This document shows positions 39,532 to 54,647 of a DNA stretch of 64,000 nucleotides, piece by piece (position 1 is the stretch's first letter; the number at the start of each line of letters is the position of its first letter). The DNA lies in the NCBI GenBank assembly GCA_051294905.1, contig CM119385.1, forward strand, positions 9,238,001 to 9,302,000. The letters run 5' to 3'. The stretch is from Botryllus schlosseri. Lineage: Eukaryota. The notes below the pieces were generated by a model, which saw nothing but the letters and a program-made list of their open reading frames with translations, did not search any database and was not told the origin of the DNA. The translations under genes and the position numbers were made by a program.

Positions 39532-41678
39532 CACACCATACTTCACAATTCAAAAACTGAATATAATTTAATCACAAGACAGGTGTTGATCCGCGTGTTC
39601 AGGAATAACCAGGAATGTGCGTTAATTGCGGGAGACATTTCCGAGGCGTGATGCAACCAGCCACGAATTCTTCTGGCAATCTGATTCGGAATTTCGGGAG
39701 TACATCCGATGAGCGATTTGTTGTAACGATGGATTGTAACGACAATGGCTAACAAACCTTCATGCGCATCATCACGTTGGGAAGGATGTGGGAACGCATA
39801 CCTAAATTAAAGGATATTGTCATATCAACCTGGTTTGACATGAACTACCTCATACCAAGAAGACAAACGTGGTTTCGATGTGGAATTGAGTGAAAAGTTC
39901 TATTCGTAGATAGGGTATGGAACACACCATAATCTGTCACTGAACAGGGCACGGTCATCTCTGGCAATGGTCGGTAGCTTGCAGTCCGCGAAGAGTTCGT
40001 TATGGTCCGCGAAAAGTTCATATATACTTTGCAAGTTGAGTGAAGGTTCAGAATTATACCGCATTTCCGTACACGATACCTGTGACGACGACCCAGGCCA
40101 TATTATGACAGCATTCGAGTAACATTCAAGTATACGTACTGACTTATTCACATCACTAAATAAATCAACTGGGACAATCAAATGCTATAATAATTACATA
40201 AAATCAGTATCTTCCGTCGCTTTCCCAACAATTTCGGCGAGGACGCGGGTAACAAATCGGCGGAAGTAGAAACCACCAATGTCTGCAATGTGCAAAATAT
40301 ACTGATTGTTATTAACATGTCAATTTAATGCTACTACTATATGAGAGCTAACGCCAAACTAACAGCTTTTAGAGCACTGCGATGGGCTATATCCGTTACC
40401 GAATTCCTTTGAGCCGACAAAGTAACGAGCATCCCCCATTACGGAGCGTGTCATGGTTACTTATTCGCGAGCAGTGTTTGTTCTACGCCGGACGCGAACT
40501 CTAAACATCGCACCCCAAATCCGGACTCCCCAGAAAGAACGCCGAATGCTAATTAATCAAATGATGTATACTTCCCTGAAAGCAAGATCCATCTTAATGA
40601 GCACGCCCCCGTCTTCGGATAAATGTATCGTAATCCTCGTAAACGTGCGGAGGAACTAGATGTAGCCTACTAGAACGTGACTGTCTCTGGGCCAGATCCC
40701 TGAACACGCTTCATAAATTACGCAACTTATAGAAACTTGTGGTATAGCTAGAAATTTTGATTAGTTTGACATTAATCTGACGAAGAATCATTTTATTCGT
40801 GCGGAGCAAAACGGAAACAGGAAATGCCATTCATCTAAACTTGTGACCGAGGTCTAAAACACCACCATTTTGTTGACGTATCACAGGGCATTCCAAAACT
40901 GCTTTAGGGTACCTCTGAATATTCCTGATGAACTCTATCTAGGAATATTGAGAGCCAGAAATGAGGCACAATAAATACAACCCGATATTGCCATTCATCA
41001 GTTAACGAATCAACAAAATAAAAATAAAAGAACACAACCTCCAGCTCACCTGTTTACTTGACAATGTATCAGTGAAGAAGCCATGGAAGCAGCCAAGTTT
41101 ATGGAAGCAGACAGGCTGGCTAAAACACCTATTCTAAGCTGTTCAGTGTAGATCTCATTAAGTGGCGCTATTTCCACCGGCAAAAGTCAATGATCACGGC
41201 TGTATGAAAAACTTGACTAATTTTTTATTTTTTTAAAATTAAAATGCCCCCTAAAGTAAGGTAGATTTAAGTAAGAAGGAGTCGGAATATCAAAAGAGCA
41301 ATTGCATATTTGGAAAGAGAGTGAAACTTCCGTTCTAGGTGGGTGAAAAATTAATTTCGAAAAAGAAGAGCCCCCTTAATAATTGCGTGCCATAAATTTT
41401 CCAAGACGACACCTCACTCTTCTCTGCCAGAAAATATGGTAATTCTGGGAGAACAAAAAAATTATAGCAATATATATGCAATTACCATAAAATAATATTG
41501 CAATATTATTGATCGGTTAAATCACAAATTATTTACAAAAACTCGCGCTAGGTGCAATTTGGTTACATAAACTCTCCGCCTACACTGAGTAGAAAGAATG
41601 TGCTCACAAATCCTGGTAAAAGGATCCAACTAGCTGTGGGATCATGGGAGCGAAACCCCCAGAAGTTTGGTTTATCAC

Positions 41679-42147
41679 AAGGGTTATAAGCAAGTCACTT
41701 GGTTCCGAGTCAAGAGTCAACCTCACTTTTATAGTTTTGACTCGATTCAAGTCGAGTCATTTGCAATTCACCACGGAGTCAGGTCCAAATCCAAGTCAGC
41801 TAGTAGAGGGTCAAGTCCAAGTCAGCTAGTAGAGGGTCAAGTCCAAGTCATAGTGTTTGACTTGAGTTCGACTCCAAGTCATTATGTTCACTGGTCACTT
41901 TCAATTCGATTCGACCCACTTTTTTCAACTCTGCTAGAGTGATATAGAATGACTCGCATTCACAATATCGTATAATTTTCCCCAGTCTTTACAGTTTCTG
42001 GTCCCATTTTCCAAGTATCAGGACTGATAGACGATATACCTATAATGTGGTAACTTTACTATTCTTCGAAGTCTGTGCCCGTCAGTCGAGTCATTGTACA
42101 CATTTGAAAAATCGAATCGAGTCATAACTCAAATCATTACAACCCTG
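41679..42147 (-). mobile_element. hAT-type MITE, CAGGGTTG/GACTCGAGTC family, inverted copy
   Basis: Perfect TSD TTTATCAC (41671-41678 / 42148-42155). Ends AAGGGTTATAA / TTACAACCCTG. Internal 26-bp tandem duplication at 41791-41842. Confidence 0.88.
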
Positions 42148-43444
42148 TTTATCACCCTGTGAGTGGCCCAAGACCAACGGTTTTTTTGGGAGGGGGCCAG
42201 GGGGGCTGACGAAGTGCTTTTTTGGTCCTGATGTTGTGGATATAGCTGTTGCCGGGTGTTTTCGTGCGGCACATTGTATTCGTTGTAGCCAGAGTAGCCT
42301 ATGTCTGGTGCGGTAGTGAGAAATGAGTAAAGTAGCACGGCAAGGTGCTTGGCTCGAGTCCGGAACACTTCCTCTCACGATATTGTCGAAGAGAAGAATA
42401 TTCGAGTTAGCGTGGTCGGTTAAATTCAGAGCCTTCGGCGCGAAAGACTGTCAACGACTCTCGGCGGTAGCACGTTTATCTGGGCAAGGCAATTTACCTC
42501 GACTCAGCAGACTCACTACCGTAAAATCACATGGATGCCATCACGAGCATAATTAATTACGATCAAATTCCTTAAAATATCACTATCTATAGCATCATAC
42601 ACTTGCAAAAAAATCGATTGCATGCTTCAAATTTTGGGTCGGTTTCAATTTTTGAAATCCACCGGTCCGCCAAATCTTTTTTGAAATTTACCGCTGCCAT
42701 AGTCGATACTACGAAATTCGACGCCAGCAGACAGAACATTTGTTAGTCGTAATTACACATTTGGCAGACTTATTTGTGAGATCTGCATTCACGGAATAAA
42801 ACTCCACACTTACGTCTCAGCTTTCGAAAAAATACAATACGGGGATTCTGGTGAATGCAGCGGCGGATGCAGAATGAAAGTTTGCGCTGGGCATAAGAAT
42901 TTCAAAGTGAAGTGAAATCTTCGACATATTGTAACCCAAATCAACGATTAAGCAAGTCACAATTTATATACGCTTTGTGAGTGAGAGGGCGTGGGCGCTT
43001 TTTTTCACTCAGCTGCAATGGTGTATCCATCGTCATTATCTTATGGAAAAATGCGAAAGAGTCAACCAGTATGTTCATACACGGAAAGAGAAATTTTCCA
43101 TTGGTATATTGTGGTAGTATATTTCCTGTTCCTCTGTGAACATTTCCACTCCTGACACCTGATCTAATCATAAATCCGATGTAACATGTCAGGCGTCTTT
43201 TCATCATCATACCGTCATGCCACATGTAACGGGGCACAGCCGAATTGCGTGCCACGAGGTTAATTTTTCATATTATCCATTTTCCAACGCATTGTTTGTC
43301 CGGGCCGAAAGAAAGACTAATTTGAAACATTACAAAATATTTCTTCTCGCACGAAAGGGAATAATCGATACGCCTAACAATAACAGAAATGTCGCAACTT
43401 GACCAAGATCTACAACAAATATTGAGGTGAAGAATTTCTACTCA

Positions 43445-43635
43445 GTCACAACCACAATTAAAATTGGTCTACTAAATGCTAGCGTATCGAAGCACAAAAT
43501 AGGGTTTAAACTCTTCGAAAGCTGGATAAAAATGAGATATGAACAAAACGCCAACAACGGAGACTTGGAAATCAGCACATAGAGTGAATAAATGTTAAAC
43601 AATATGAAGCTATTGCTTGGCGATCTTATCGGTAC
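43445..43635 (+). pseudogene. Possible decayed LINE AP-endonuclease N-terminus
   Basis: IKIGLLNA, then via frameshifts KLDKNEI and TETW, at roughly the LN(A)RS to ETW spacing of APE domains. Short and degenerate. Confidence 0.35.
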
Positions 43636-43732
43636 GCTGTGCACTGTACACTGTACAGGTATAGATCTGGTCAATCATGCTGGGAAGCTCAAGCTATGGC
43701 CTATCTCTTATATATTTCCGGATCCTATAGAA

Positions 43733-44617
43733 ACGGGGTTGGCAACCGCTGGCACGCGAGATGATTTTTCATAGCACGCCAAATGATTGGACGCAAACGA
43801 CATATTCCAATCATGTTGCAAAACATAAGTTTTCAAAATGGAACAAGCTCGTAGACGACCCAAAATGCTTTCGTAAATGAACATAAAACAGCGCCTATTG
43901 GGCAGATTTCATTTTTTAAATTTTTTTCCCGCGCTATACGCGCGATTTACCGGAACCTGATTTCTTCTTAATGGGGGAACCCCAAATTGCATATACGGCA
44001 ACCTGATATCGCCTGAAACCGTTTGAATGCTTTGGTCTAGCTAGGGGTATGTACTGTGCGCAGCCTGTTGGAGGGCGACTATTTTATGAGCCAGCATTTC
44101 GGCGCTGGATATTTTAACGCAAGGGAGCACACGTTTCGGGCAAATAACGGGCGCCCAACCTTTACCGCGATCTTTGGAGCTTTGCAGGTAGATCGACCAC
44201 CCCAGACCAACCCTAATGTGACATCAAACCGACCTGTGCGATACAGGGGTGGGCACATTTTACATCGTCAGCCCGTATCATCGTAACATCTTTGATGGGA
44301 TTGTTACTTATTGGCTATGGCACCGAACACAGTGGATTTGAAAACGACCAGAAGATCGATCCTTACGCGACTAAAATCAAATGATGCCAATATTACGTAC
44401 ATGAGGCGATAACCAAAATTTATACCCGTCGCGACCAATACAGTAAGAATCACCGGCGTAACCGATGCGGTTGCCAGCTGCAGAAAAGCGGTTGGTGGAA
44501 CTCCTTGCTTGCAACGCTGAACACGAGATGATTTAAAATGTCTGGCACGCCAGTTGGTAATATTTTGACATTTTTTGATATTTTGGCACGCTGCATACGA
44601 AAGGTTGCCGGCCCCTG
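43733..44617. mobile_element. Charlie-type hAT MITE, 885 bp
   Basis: Perfect TSD CTATAGAA (43725-43732 / 44618-44625). Ends ACGGGGTTGGCAAC / GTTGCCGGCCCCTG. TGGCACGC subterminal motifs. Confidence 0.88.
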
Positions 44618-47600
44618 CTATAGAATCAAGCCCATCAAGACTTAATCACGTTAATCACAGCACAAAAACTAGAGAATTTCTGTTACATATTTTCCAGTGC
44701 AACCTTGTTGCTGTTGTTGTACAAGTTTAATATTGCTTGTGCTCCACTTCTAATGGTCTTTTGCACCAGATCTATGATGAGAGTATTGTATATCGTTTTA
44801 TATCTTTATAACTCTCGAACAGTTATAGTAGGGCATATTCTATCAGAATAATACGCATGGTGACAGGATTGGCCAGTAATATTCCCAAGCGGAAAGGAAC
44901 GGCGTCTACTATTTGGTCCCGCAGATATACTGTCGAGAGCCTTCCTATATTTGATGCAATGAATTTTCAACTGTTTCAGGTACGCCACACAGATTTGGCA
45001 CTGTCCAGCATCGTGAATCCCTAATATATAAATATATGCAGATGAAAGTTCAGTGTACAATGTACAATCTGATTTCCATTTGGACTTGCAATTGTCTTGA
45101 ATGAGGGACTTGCATCCCCTCACTGTAATATCAATGGTGCTGCTATGTGTATCCTCGGATGCAGTGCAACCTTCTGCATATACGTGCTGAATCGTAAAAC
45201 ATGCGTTATTTTTACGGGACAGCATAACTCTACATATGACGTGAAAGTAGGTTGTAAAATCGTATACCAAGCTGCCGCTGCACTATCGAGGTACATCGCA
45301 AAAACGGAAAGCGATAGCGTTTAATCAATGGCCCAATATAAGTGTGTGATATCGGAGGACTGCACGCATTTCGAAATATTGATGAACTATGCCAGAGGCA
45401 GGGGTGTGAAAGCCTGTGCATTGAGCAAGAACAGTCATAAATAAAAGTGAAATCGTGGTGCATAATATTATATTATATAGCTATTTCGTAGGCCCGTCAT
45501 CGCACGGCGACACTTATCAATAAAGTTCTATTTTGGACTATACATTCAAAAATCGCGAATAGCTGGAGAGGAACTGCGCGACGCGCGAAAAAATTAAGGT
45601 TGTTGAATAAATCTCGTCAAAATATTCCAGTGCAAAGTAAGCGTATGCATATTTTAGTGTTTTTCAACCTTCTCATATTCCACTTGAGCTTAGCTCGAAC
45701 GTATCACACGACACTAAATTATAACCCCATTCAAAATGTGGGCATTCGTCTGCGGGCCGTTAAATTCTGCAACAAAATAAACTGATGGTCGATGCTGTTA
45801 TGTTGCAAAGGTTCCGCAGTCTCTTTTTCTCGAAGATTCCGATTGACCTTACGCCATTTTGCGGAATGTTTTAGGGAGATTAATGTGTTTGACTTTACGC
45901 ATGGTACGTTTCGGAAATGGGATCACGAAATCCATAATAGGCCGTATGTAGCTAAAGAAAAGAATGAGTTGCTTTCACTTCACGCTGGCTGCTTTCTTAA
46001 ATTTGCAAAAAATTCAAAACAGTCTAGTATAGGCTACAATACTTCGGTGTATATTTTGGTCTCTTACGAAGCGTTCTCTTTCTATGCAATAGATAGGACA
46101 TAGAAGACACAAGACATAATCTATGCATTCGTATCGACCAGGCCATATACACACTAAATTTCGATTCATGTTTAAATCGCAGTGTTGAAAGCTTCTACAG
46201 AAACCCGATCGCATGAGTGACTATAGATTTTCCCGTTGGACATCCCACTGTATTCCGGTCCGTAAATATGAAATTAATTACGTCACATAATAATATCATG
46301 TGACTAACGTCAGATATTCCCACGGGTCTAGTAAGGAATATTGCTAACCATGTTTAAATTAAATTGACACAACCATCTTTCGAGATCGAGTGTTAAAGGT
46401 TAATAGAAGGCACAACAAGTTTCATTAAAAGCATCAGAAAGGGATATGTATCCATTAGGGCCATTAGGCTGTGATGACGTGTAGACGAGTATATGGAAGA
46501 AGAGCGCGTGTCTATCGCTGTTAGTACAATGTTTTACGGCAAACATCTAGACATGTTCAGATAGCTCTTCGATTCATGAAACCATATACAATAAGTACGC
46601 GCGTATTATCATAAATCCACCTCAACATGAGTATAAACAATAAACAACCATACTAGACTGTTTAAACGACGGGTCAACACGTCAATGTGGCACAGACCTT
46701 TTCTAAACTCCTGTTCTAGTTTAGTACAAGCGACCCTATCTATCCGAATATTGAATTCTAAAGGTTCAAAACCATGCTTCCCCTACAGACGCTCATTCGA
46801 TTCAACAACCGTATGAGCATTCTTGTGATCAGAACGGGAATGGGAACACGTCGCAAAATATATTTTCCGCTTCTAGGTCCAAAGCATCGTTAATTTTATC
46901 GTCGGGAATATCATAAGGTAACTCCTTAAATACGACGTCTCTTTCAAATACGACATGTAGAAAATACATCATAATTTTTTTCACATCCCGCACCTAAATA
47001 ATTTCAAACGATATTTCAACCGTGGTGCGGTAGGTCTTTTACATGTATACGTAATATATTGTATCCATAATATTTGCCCACAGGTCACAATTCATATATG
47101 GTGAGCTGTGGAAGACACGACCTTGAAATACATGTGCAGATTGTGCACATAGCATAGTGTCAAAACATGTAGGTATAGACGCTTCATATAAATCTATATA
47201 TATTCGTGTATCACTCAACGTACTGTTGTCCGTAAATATTCGAGAAAGCCGTTGGGAGTTGTGTGTTTCAACGCAGATGCGAGCTGAAGATTGACAAATC
47301 TCATAAACTCTGTAAATAATTCGCTGACTCCTGCACGTCCTCTATAGCCTATTTCATAACGATCGCACTATAAGTAGCCTATACAGTGTCAGGTGAAAAG
47401 GAAGACTATGTAATACACTACGTCCGCATATATGATAACAAGATGTTTGCAAAACTTTTATCCTTACTGGTGCTATACATCGCATTTCAACGATTAGAGA
47501 TGCGGTACAATCTGCGGCCCGATAGCAGAAGAATGCGGCCCGCGAAGGAGTGCCAAATTTGAGGCTCACGAATTGGTTTCTAATTTAGTCTGGTACGTTT

Positions 47601-50329
47601 GAGCTAAACTGACAAGGCCAAAACACCAGACTGACACCTGACGTCGCATATGAATATTTTTGACGATAAACTGATATTTTTTTCGAATTCTGCTATATTT
47701 GATCACTGCGATACAGAAACCATTCAGTATGAAAAGACGACGTTATTTCAGCATTTAATATGCGTTCCATATCGCAGGTAGGCCTTAACATATTGCAATG
47801 TTCGCGTGGCAGTGGCGGTTGTGGTTCAGTAAACAGCCCCGCAGACTCATGCTGATCTCTACGATCTGACAAGTATATCGGCGACGCTCTTTTGATATCT
47901 TTATAAACAATGTGCAGCATCAGTCAAGTTTCTCGGACACGTCACCGACTTTGAAAGAATGAATCCAGTGCGCACTACATTAGTTTTGTGATAAGATATC
48001 CTGGGTAAAACGGGTTTATTCAGTCGAAGATTTGTAATTGCAAAATCATACAATTGTACTGCGGTTTTGGAGAAAATTATAACGATGAGTTGACTCAAAA
48101 TGAACGTATAATTGTATATCCGTTGGGTTCAGCCATGACTGACTGAACCGTACCAACTCCGATGAACTTTCAAAGGCAATTATATCGAACGTGGGGAAAT
48201 TACAATGTCCAAGTATTTGATGACGACATTGAAGGAGTACGCAGGCGGGTAAGGTCATCGTTGGAGAGAAACAATCAAGAAGCTGCTTCCACCAAATTAT
48301 TTTTATCGCTACATAAAAATATTGCCGATTAACCTGGACTAGTGTACCAGTTGGTACGCTTCTTTCGTGAATTGGTGTTATTCTGTTTTTATCTAGAGCA
48401 AGTAGCCGACCTCTGTTGAACTTATTAATTAACATTAACTAAAAGAAATGATTTTTTCGGGTGGCACTTTATGTTTATATGTCGTTGCACGCACATTCGG
48501 GTATCAATAGACCGAATTGAAATGTTTGAGATGGAATTGTGTTTGAACGTAAAACCGCACCACCTAGTCTGGACTTGGGTTAGCTCTGTATTTGGATTTA
48601 TAATCCACCAATATCTTCAGCTTGTCAACACGTCAGCCATCTCAAAGATTAAAATCATGTTTTTTTCTTAATACCAATCTTCTAATAGCGTCGGTGAACA
48701 TATTATCGAATTTCACACTACCTTAGTTTTGCGCTCATACTGATATCAAATATGGGTTCGTAATAGTCCCGTTGACACGTTGCCGTAACAGAAGTGCTCT
48801 GTGCGTTCAATCACATAATACGGTCATCAATTTGTCTCTCAACTCCGCCTTACCGTACGCGCAATATTTGACTAGGGTTTTAGTTACCATAGACACAAGG
48901 ACCAAGGCATTGTTTACAGCCCATACAAGCTTGGACGATGTCATACACACACAAAAAAATCTGGTAGATTTACTGGGAAATCTTTGTAAATTTTGCAACG
49001 AATTACTAGTCGCAGCCAATAGCTGTGAGTAGCTTGTAATTTTACATTTTGATGTGTAATATTACCTTAATTTAGCTGTAAAGTCAAGTTACCAGAATTT
49101 ATTCGCAAAATTACTGGCAGTTAATCGTTCCTGCAGTATATCAGGCTATTGGCAAAATTGATTAGCTTGAAAATCGCTGCGGCCAATGTTATACGTGGAA
49201 CTGAATGTTACTGATATCATTTTTTGTGGTGATTTGACCTGATTCAACCACGTTCGCGAGACTGGGGTCTATCATACGGAAATTGTTGGCCCTAGTACCA
49301 ATTTCAGTAAAGTACATACTGGGGTAAAAGAAACAACTGACAATCGTAGCTAATGTGGTACACCATAGCCACTATATTATATTATAAGGCTATGGCTATA
49401 CGGCCGGTTTCGTTGGTTACCAGGGATAGGACTGATAAGTTAAAATATCAGTTTAGGATGTATAATATTGTTCGGGAAACTGGAAATATCAGCACCGCAT
49501 GCTAAGTTGACCATTTGTTAATGGCGGACATGGCGATCTGTCATAGGTTACAGTAGGTTAGGGTTACGCGTTACTGCTTTTTCTGAGTTTCGTCGTAAAC
49601 AACCAACGCACAACTGTGACATCACAAGCAGCGTCTGGGTAAGTATATGTATAGTAAGTAGTGAACATCACGTGGAATATATAATAAATTCATACGAGAT
49701 TAGATGGAAAAGAAAGGGACTATATGTAATGATAATTGTTTCTGTATGAAAAAATACGACCTAAATCAAACATTATAACGTGGCCGGTAAATATTATTGG
49801 TGGCATGTCAGCGGATGAATACCACTCGATTTGAAATCGTTCGAGTGTCGTATCGTCGTCTGGCCATTATTGAGATTTGAGCAAAGGGTGGAGCGCCAAT
49901 ATGGCATCGGTCATCGGTGTCTCGCTAAACGTACCGGGATTCCAACCCGGGTGGAGCGAAGCTTGTTGTGCTTGAAGAAAGTGGATCCTTGAAGATTCCT
50001 AGGAATGCTGAATGGGATACGCATCGTAAAAGGTACAGTACTACATAGTATTTGTTACCGTGAATATCTACGACTGTGCACACCATCGGGATGACTTTGA
50101 TTTCATTATTGAAATATTTCATTCGCCGCATTCTCTGTTCTATTTTGGGATATTAGTCGACTTACATAGTGACCTGTGATACCACATACTCCGCCACAGA
50201 GGAGTTGAAACTGTTGGTTTGTTCATGTAATTTTCGGGCCATAGCATAGAGATGTTTCCATCCACTGCTGGATTTGTTTGGCACACATGCCACCTCAAAT
50301 GAGGAACCTTTTGCTTCAATACATTAGAT

Positions 50330-50866
50330 CAGTGGTTCTCAACCTGCGGGGCGCGAGAAATTGACTAAGTCTGTCTGAATTCTGACTAAACATGTGTTTC
50401 ACAACCATTTTCACTTTTCAGAAGACGATTGTTGAAGAAGAAACTTATTTCGTATTCAAGAAAGCTCGCCAAATTCAAACTCCAGCAGTCGCATTCAACT
50501 TCATTTGAGCAGATTTTTGATATTCTTTGAAGATTTAGAGCAATTCCCACGTGTAAGTCATTCATTACTTCATAGATTTGGCAGTAGCCTAAAGCTCAGT
50601 GCGCTGGGTAGCTGTTGGTAATAGCTGGCGAACTGCACTACTTAAGACAGACTTGGATGCAATATAGGTTGCTATGCGGCGGCTATGCCCTGGAATGCGG
50701 CCTTAGGCTACCTAAGTAATTGAAATGTGACCGTGATTAGCAAAAAGGTTGCCTATCTCTGTATTAGATGATGTGCTCTTTTTGACGTGACGATAAGTGC
50801 AGGGGGGCGTAAACTTTTTGGCCATCGCCGAGGGTGGCGCATGTCCAAAAAGGTTGAGAACCACTG
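50330..50866. mobile_element. Charlie-type hAT MITE, 537 bp
   Basis: Perfect 16-bp TIR CAGTGGTTCTCAACCT. Perfect TSD CATTAGAT (50322-50329 / 50867-50874). Confidence 0.93.
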
Positions 50867-52304
50867 CATTAGATAAAGTAAGTCATGAATCTCTGCTATA
50901 TCATGTAAAAGGCGGAGCCGTCGTCACAAAATGTACCAGTACCGGTACTTCAAAAATTGTTATATTTTTGTTAGCCTATTTGTCTTAGTAGTTATTGTAA
51001 TGTCATGTCTAGATTAGGAACTTTGCTCAATATAGCGACTTACGCATGAGTTCTTTTTAGTGGAACTGCAAGATACTAGTCACACAGAAGGAATGAAGAC
51101 GAGAAAAAGAAACAATTGGAAGTTTATCCGGCGGTGGAATTAATTCACCTTTTCTTGGGACCACTTGTGCTATATTTGCATTCCTCCTACAGAAGAATTA
51201 GACCTCCAGCAGCAATACTTTTTCATCGTGAATCATGAATGAATATACAGTTGTCCCAATGTCGTTTTTAGAGCGTGAAGAAACTTGCTGTATTTTGGCA
51301 TCGCGTTGCTTTGGGATAGGTATGGGTGTACGTGAATTTAGAAGCTGGCATGTAATCTGATTTACAAAGGACAGCATGTAGGGTTGTAGGTAGGAGGTAA
51401 AATGACAGTCTCCTCGTAAATGTACAGGAGAGAATGTAGATTGAATATACCAGAGGTGACTGTAACATTACAGTCTGGCGTGTAAAGCTAGATTACCGGA
51501 CGGGTGTAAGTTGAATTTACATTGAGTGACGGTAATGTTATATTACTGCCAAGTGGCTGGCCACCCTGCTTCCAGACATTTCGCGGTAAATCGAGGTAAA
51601 TTTTTTTTTGTGTGCAGAACACTTGTTCCTGTGACATACAGTTGTCGTCGACTGATTGGTAGAATATTATAACGACCAATGCGAATTCTCCGAATATTAA
51701 CATATGTGCTTATCTGTTTGTAGATGCCACGACTCGCCCCGTTCGATCAGACTATCAACAAACTCTCTGTTAAATACGAAACAGAGTAAACACATCTACA
51801 CCTGAACACATATTTTCGTTCAAAGTAGATATGTTCTCAACGTTGCAACGCAACAAACGCGTCAAAACAGTAGCGAAATATATCCCACTACGATTCGTTA
51901 CGATACACCATTGAGCGAATAACCAAGAAAAACACTTGCTGGTATTTAACGAGTTGGTATTGACGGATTAGACTACAAAGGTTATCGTTGGCCGTTCCGA
52001 TATTTTATTCCGTTGCCAACCTAGCAAGTTAACGGCGGCTATCGTGAAAATGGCGTGAGAGATTTATCGAAGCTCACACAATAAAATTTTTACAACGTCT
52101 GATAACATTGACATCCTGACTCACAGTCACGCATATCGGACGATCTGGCGTGGTGGGTATATTGACCAGGAATGAACCCAACGTATCACATTCGTTTTTG
52201 TCGGAACAATTTCTGCATTGGTGAAATATGTCAATTCTCTAATTTGATAATTTTATCAAAATATACTCAGAGTACAGAATATTTATGAAAAGATGCCAAT
52301 AAAG

Positions 52305-52664
52305 CAGGGCTTCGCAACCTCTTTCAGTTAGCGACCCACTTTTACTGCAAGCTTCATTACAATCTATTATTTATTAAAGTTATGTTTGCATATCAGAAAT
52401 TATGAGTTGAAATCTAGGCTTGATAGGGTTGATTTTACTGCTCGGAAAATATTCAGAAATGCGGTAGGACTATATTCGACCTACCGCCACGTGTAAGACC
52501 GTCAGTGGCCATAAAGTTTTTTATTTATACTTAAAAAAATGACACTATATCATTTGGAAGATTGGTGTCATTCTAACAACCAAAATAAGCCATCTTTATG
52601 AGATCTTGAATGGAAAGTGGTAGTATGTATACATGTTTCGCGACCCACTGGTTGGGAACAACCG
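52305..52664. mobile_element. Charlie-type hAT MITE, 360 bp
   Basis: Ends CAGGGCTTCGCAACC / GGTTGGGAACAACCG. TSD CAATAAAG / CAATAAAC (7/8). GCGACCCAC at both ends. Confidence 0.75.
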
Positions 52665-54647
52665 CAATAAACCACACCGAAGATGTTATAGTATTCACGG
52701 CCTGCAATAAATCATATTCTTATTTACTATGGGCCAACAGAAATATATATGTCATCCATAGGCGTAGCCAGGGGGCGCGTTTCCTCCCCCAAAGCTTACG
52801 GTTGAACAATGTGGAATCACCTTTTTTACGGCGTCACAATGATTCTGAGACGTCATGCCGTTGAGAAATTTCGGGCCCACAGAATTTCCACCGCCCCACT
52901 CAGATTTGCATCATACAGTATAGCTATACTTTATGATGCAGTTATGGGCGGATATAGTGGGCGTTATGGATGGTGTTGGGATATACGCTATCGAGCATAT
53001 ATACCTAATCTTATTTATTCGTTAAGCGGGCCACGCTGCGGTTATAACAGACACTTCTCCCAATTACGAAGAATCTACAAACCACAAAACGTGTATACTT
53101 CACATCTTTGAATTAACACCTTACGGTAAATCCATGCATGTTACATATATATTGCCAACCAACTGCAACGAAACGAATATAAATTCATAGGGTTTCGATT
53201 TTATGGCACCGATGCAGCGAAATGCTAGAAATAAATGTTCACTTTAGTGTTCAAAGCTAAATCATCCAGATCAGTAGTTTACTGGTATCCCGCGCATGTT
53301 ATGGGTTTTTGTTTCATTTTACGGAATTCATATTATGCATCCTTTATTCTCAGCTTGACACCGGAATTTGGTGTGAAATATTTACCGATGAGATTACTCT
53401 ATCATTTGGTTGCAACCTTTCGCTTGTATGCCTGTCAGACGTGAACAGCAGACCAGGTATCGACTGACACAGTTTCTATTTGATTTTATCGGGGTGAAAG
53501 TGAATTACCATTGACCATACACCACCGATCATGGTAGTAAATAACAGAGTGGATAGTCCCTTTGAAAAGTTTCGCAAGTTCAAATCACGGGTCAGATATA
53601 GTAGCGTCGCCGTATATCTTAAAAGATCTCTCAAAACAAACTTGGCGGCCCGAAGGCGGTTTTATTTGCACAAGGTTGAGCCTACGCTGGACGCGATTGC
53701 CGCACGAACTAGATTTTGCAGCGCCGTCTACTTTATGGATCTCAGTTGACATCGACAAAAGAGGCAATTAAATAATGTTAGTCTGCGGGCAGTACACACA
53801 AGGGATAAGGTACGCCTTGTTTTGCAATACCATTGCACGTGTATACTGTGCACTTGTACAGGTATGGTGTACATTGATATTTACATGACCCTCCGATGTT
53901 TAAATATATACATAAGGTTCGTTAGACACATATTACCAATATTTATGCCGATAATTGCGATCATGCATTTCACATGACCATGACCTACAAATGTTGCAGT
54001 GTCGTAATCTAAAAGCGATGACGGTTATCTTAGACCAGGGATTCTTAGGCATGGGTTGCGACTATAGGCTTATTCCAAGAACCAGAATTACAAATATCGA
54101 ACTTTTAATTAACACGAAAATTTCCGAAATAAGTAGGTTAGCCTGACAGTTGCTTGGAATTGGGTCACAGAACGACAAACCTATAGAAGACCTAGTTCAA
54201 GCCGTAACCTTAACATGCATATTGTTCAACGAGCCGTATGGCAAATTTATAGGTTTACGTGAATCGTGGGTAGTTCGTGGAATCGTTTTGGACGACTTTT
54301 CTATTGCATTAAAACTCTTATGAATGAAATATTTCAGTGACACCAATTGCTGTGGAGAATGTAGCCCACTGAAACTGATAGTCTGTAATCTGTATGTTGT
54401 CTATACCCGAACAAGCGTGGCACAATAACTTTAAAAAACTAATTTTTGCGATGCGTGAGGATTGGGTCGCGAAGCGTTAGTAAAACTCAGGTTTCGGTCG
54501 CACTCAAACAGGTTAGGGATCCGTCGTCTAAGATCAAAAGGGAAAAAAGCATATTGTATGTTTTCCATGTTTTTCATTTTCATTCCATTTGGATGTATAG
54601 CGACTAATCCTCATCGCTAAATGTCTCTACACGCAAAGCACCTTTAG

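Noticed and set aside
39277-39651. 124-aa ORF
   Set aside because: Mostly inside the TAGGGTTG MITE.
44806-45270. 154-aa Cys-rich ORF
   Set aside because: No recognisable Cys spacing or domain, and alternative frames look equally protein-like.
46200-46332. Helitron-like 3' end (CACGGGTCTAGT)
   Set aside because: No convincing subterminal hairpin, 5' TC end or second copy.
53531-53749. APE-like word SSVAVYLKRSLK
   Set aside because: A single weak motif without the flanking ETW or GDFN motifs.
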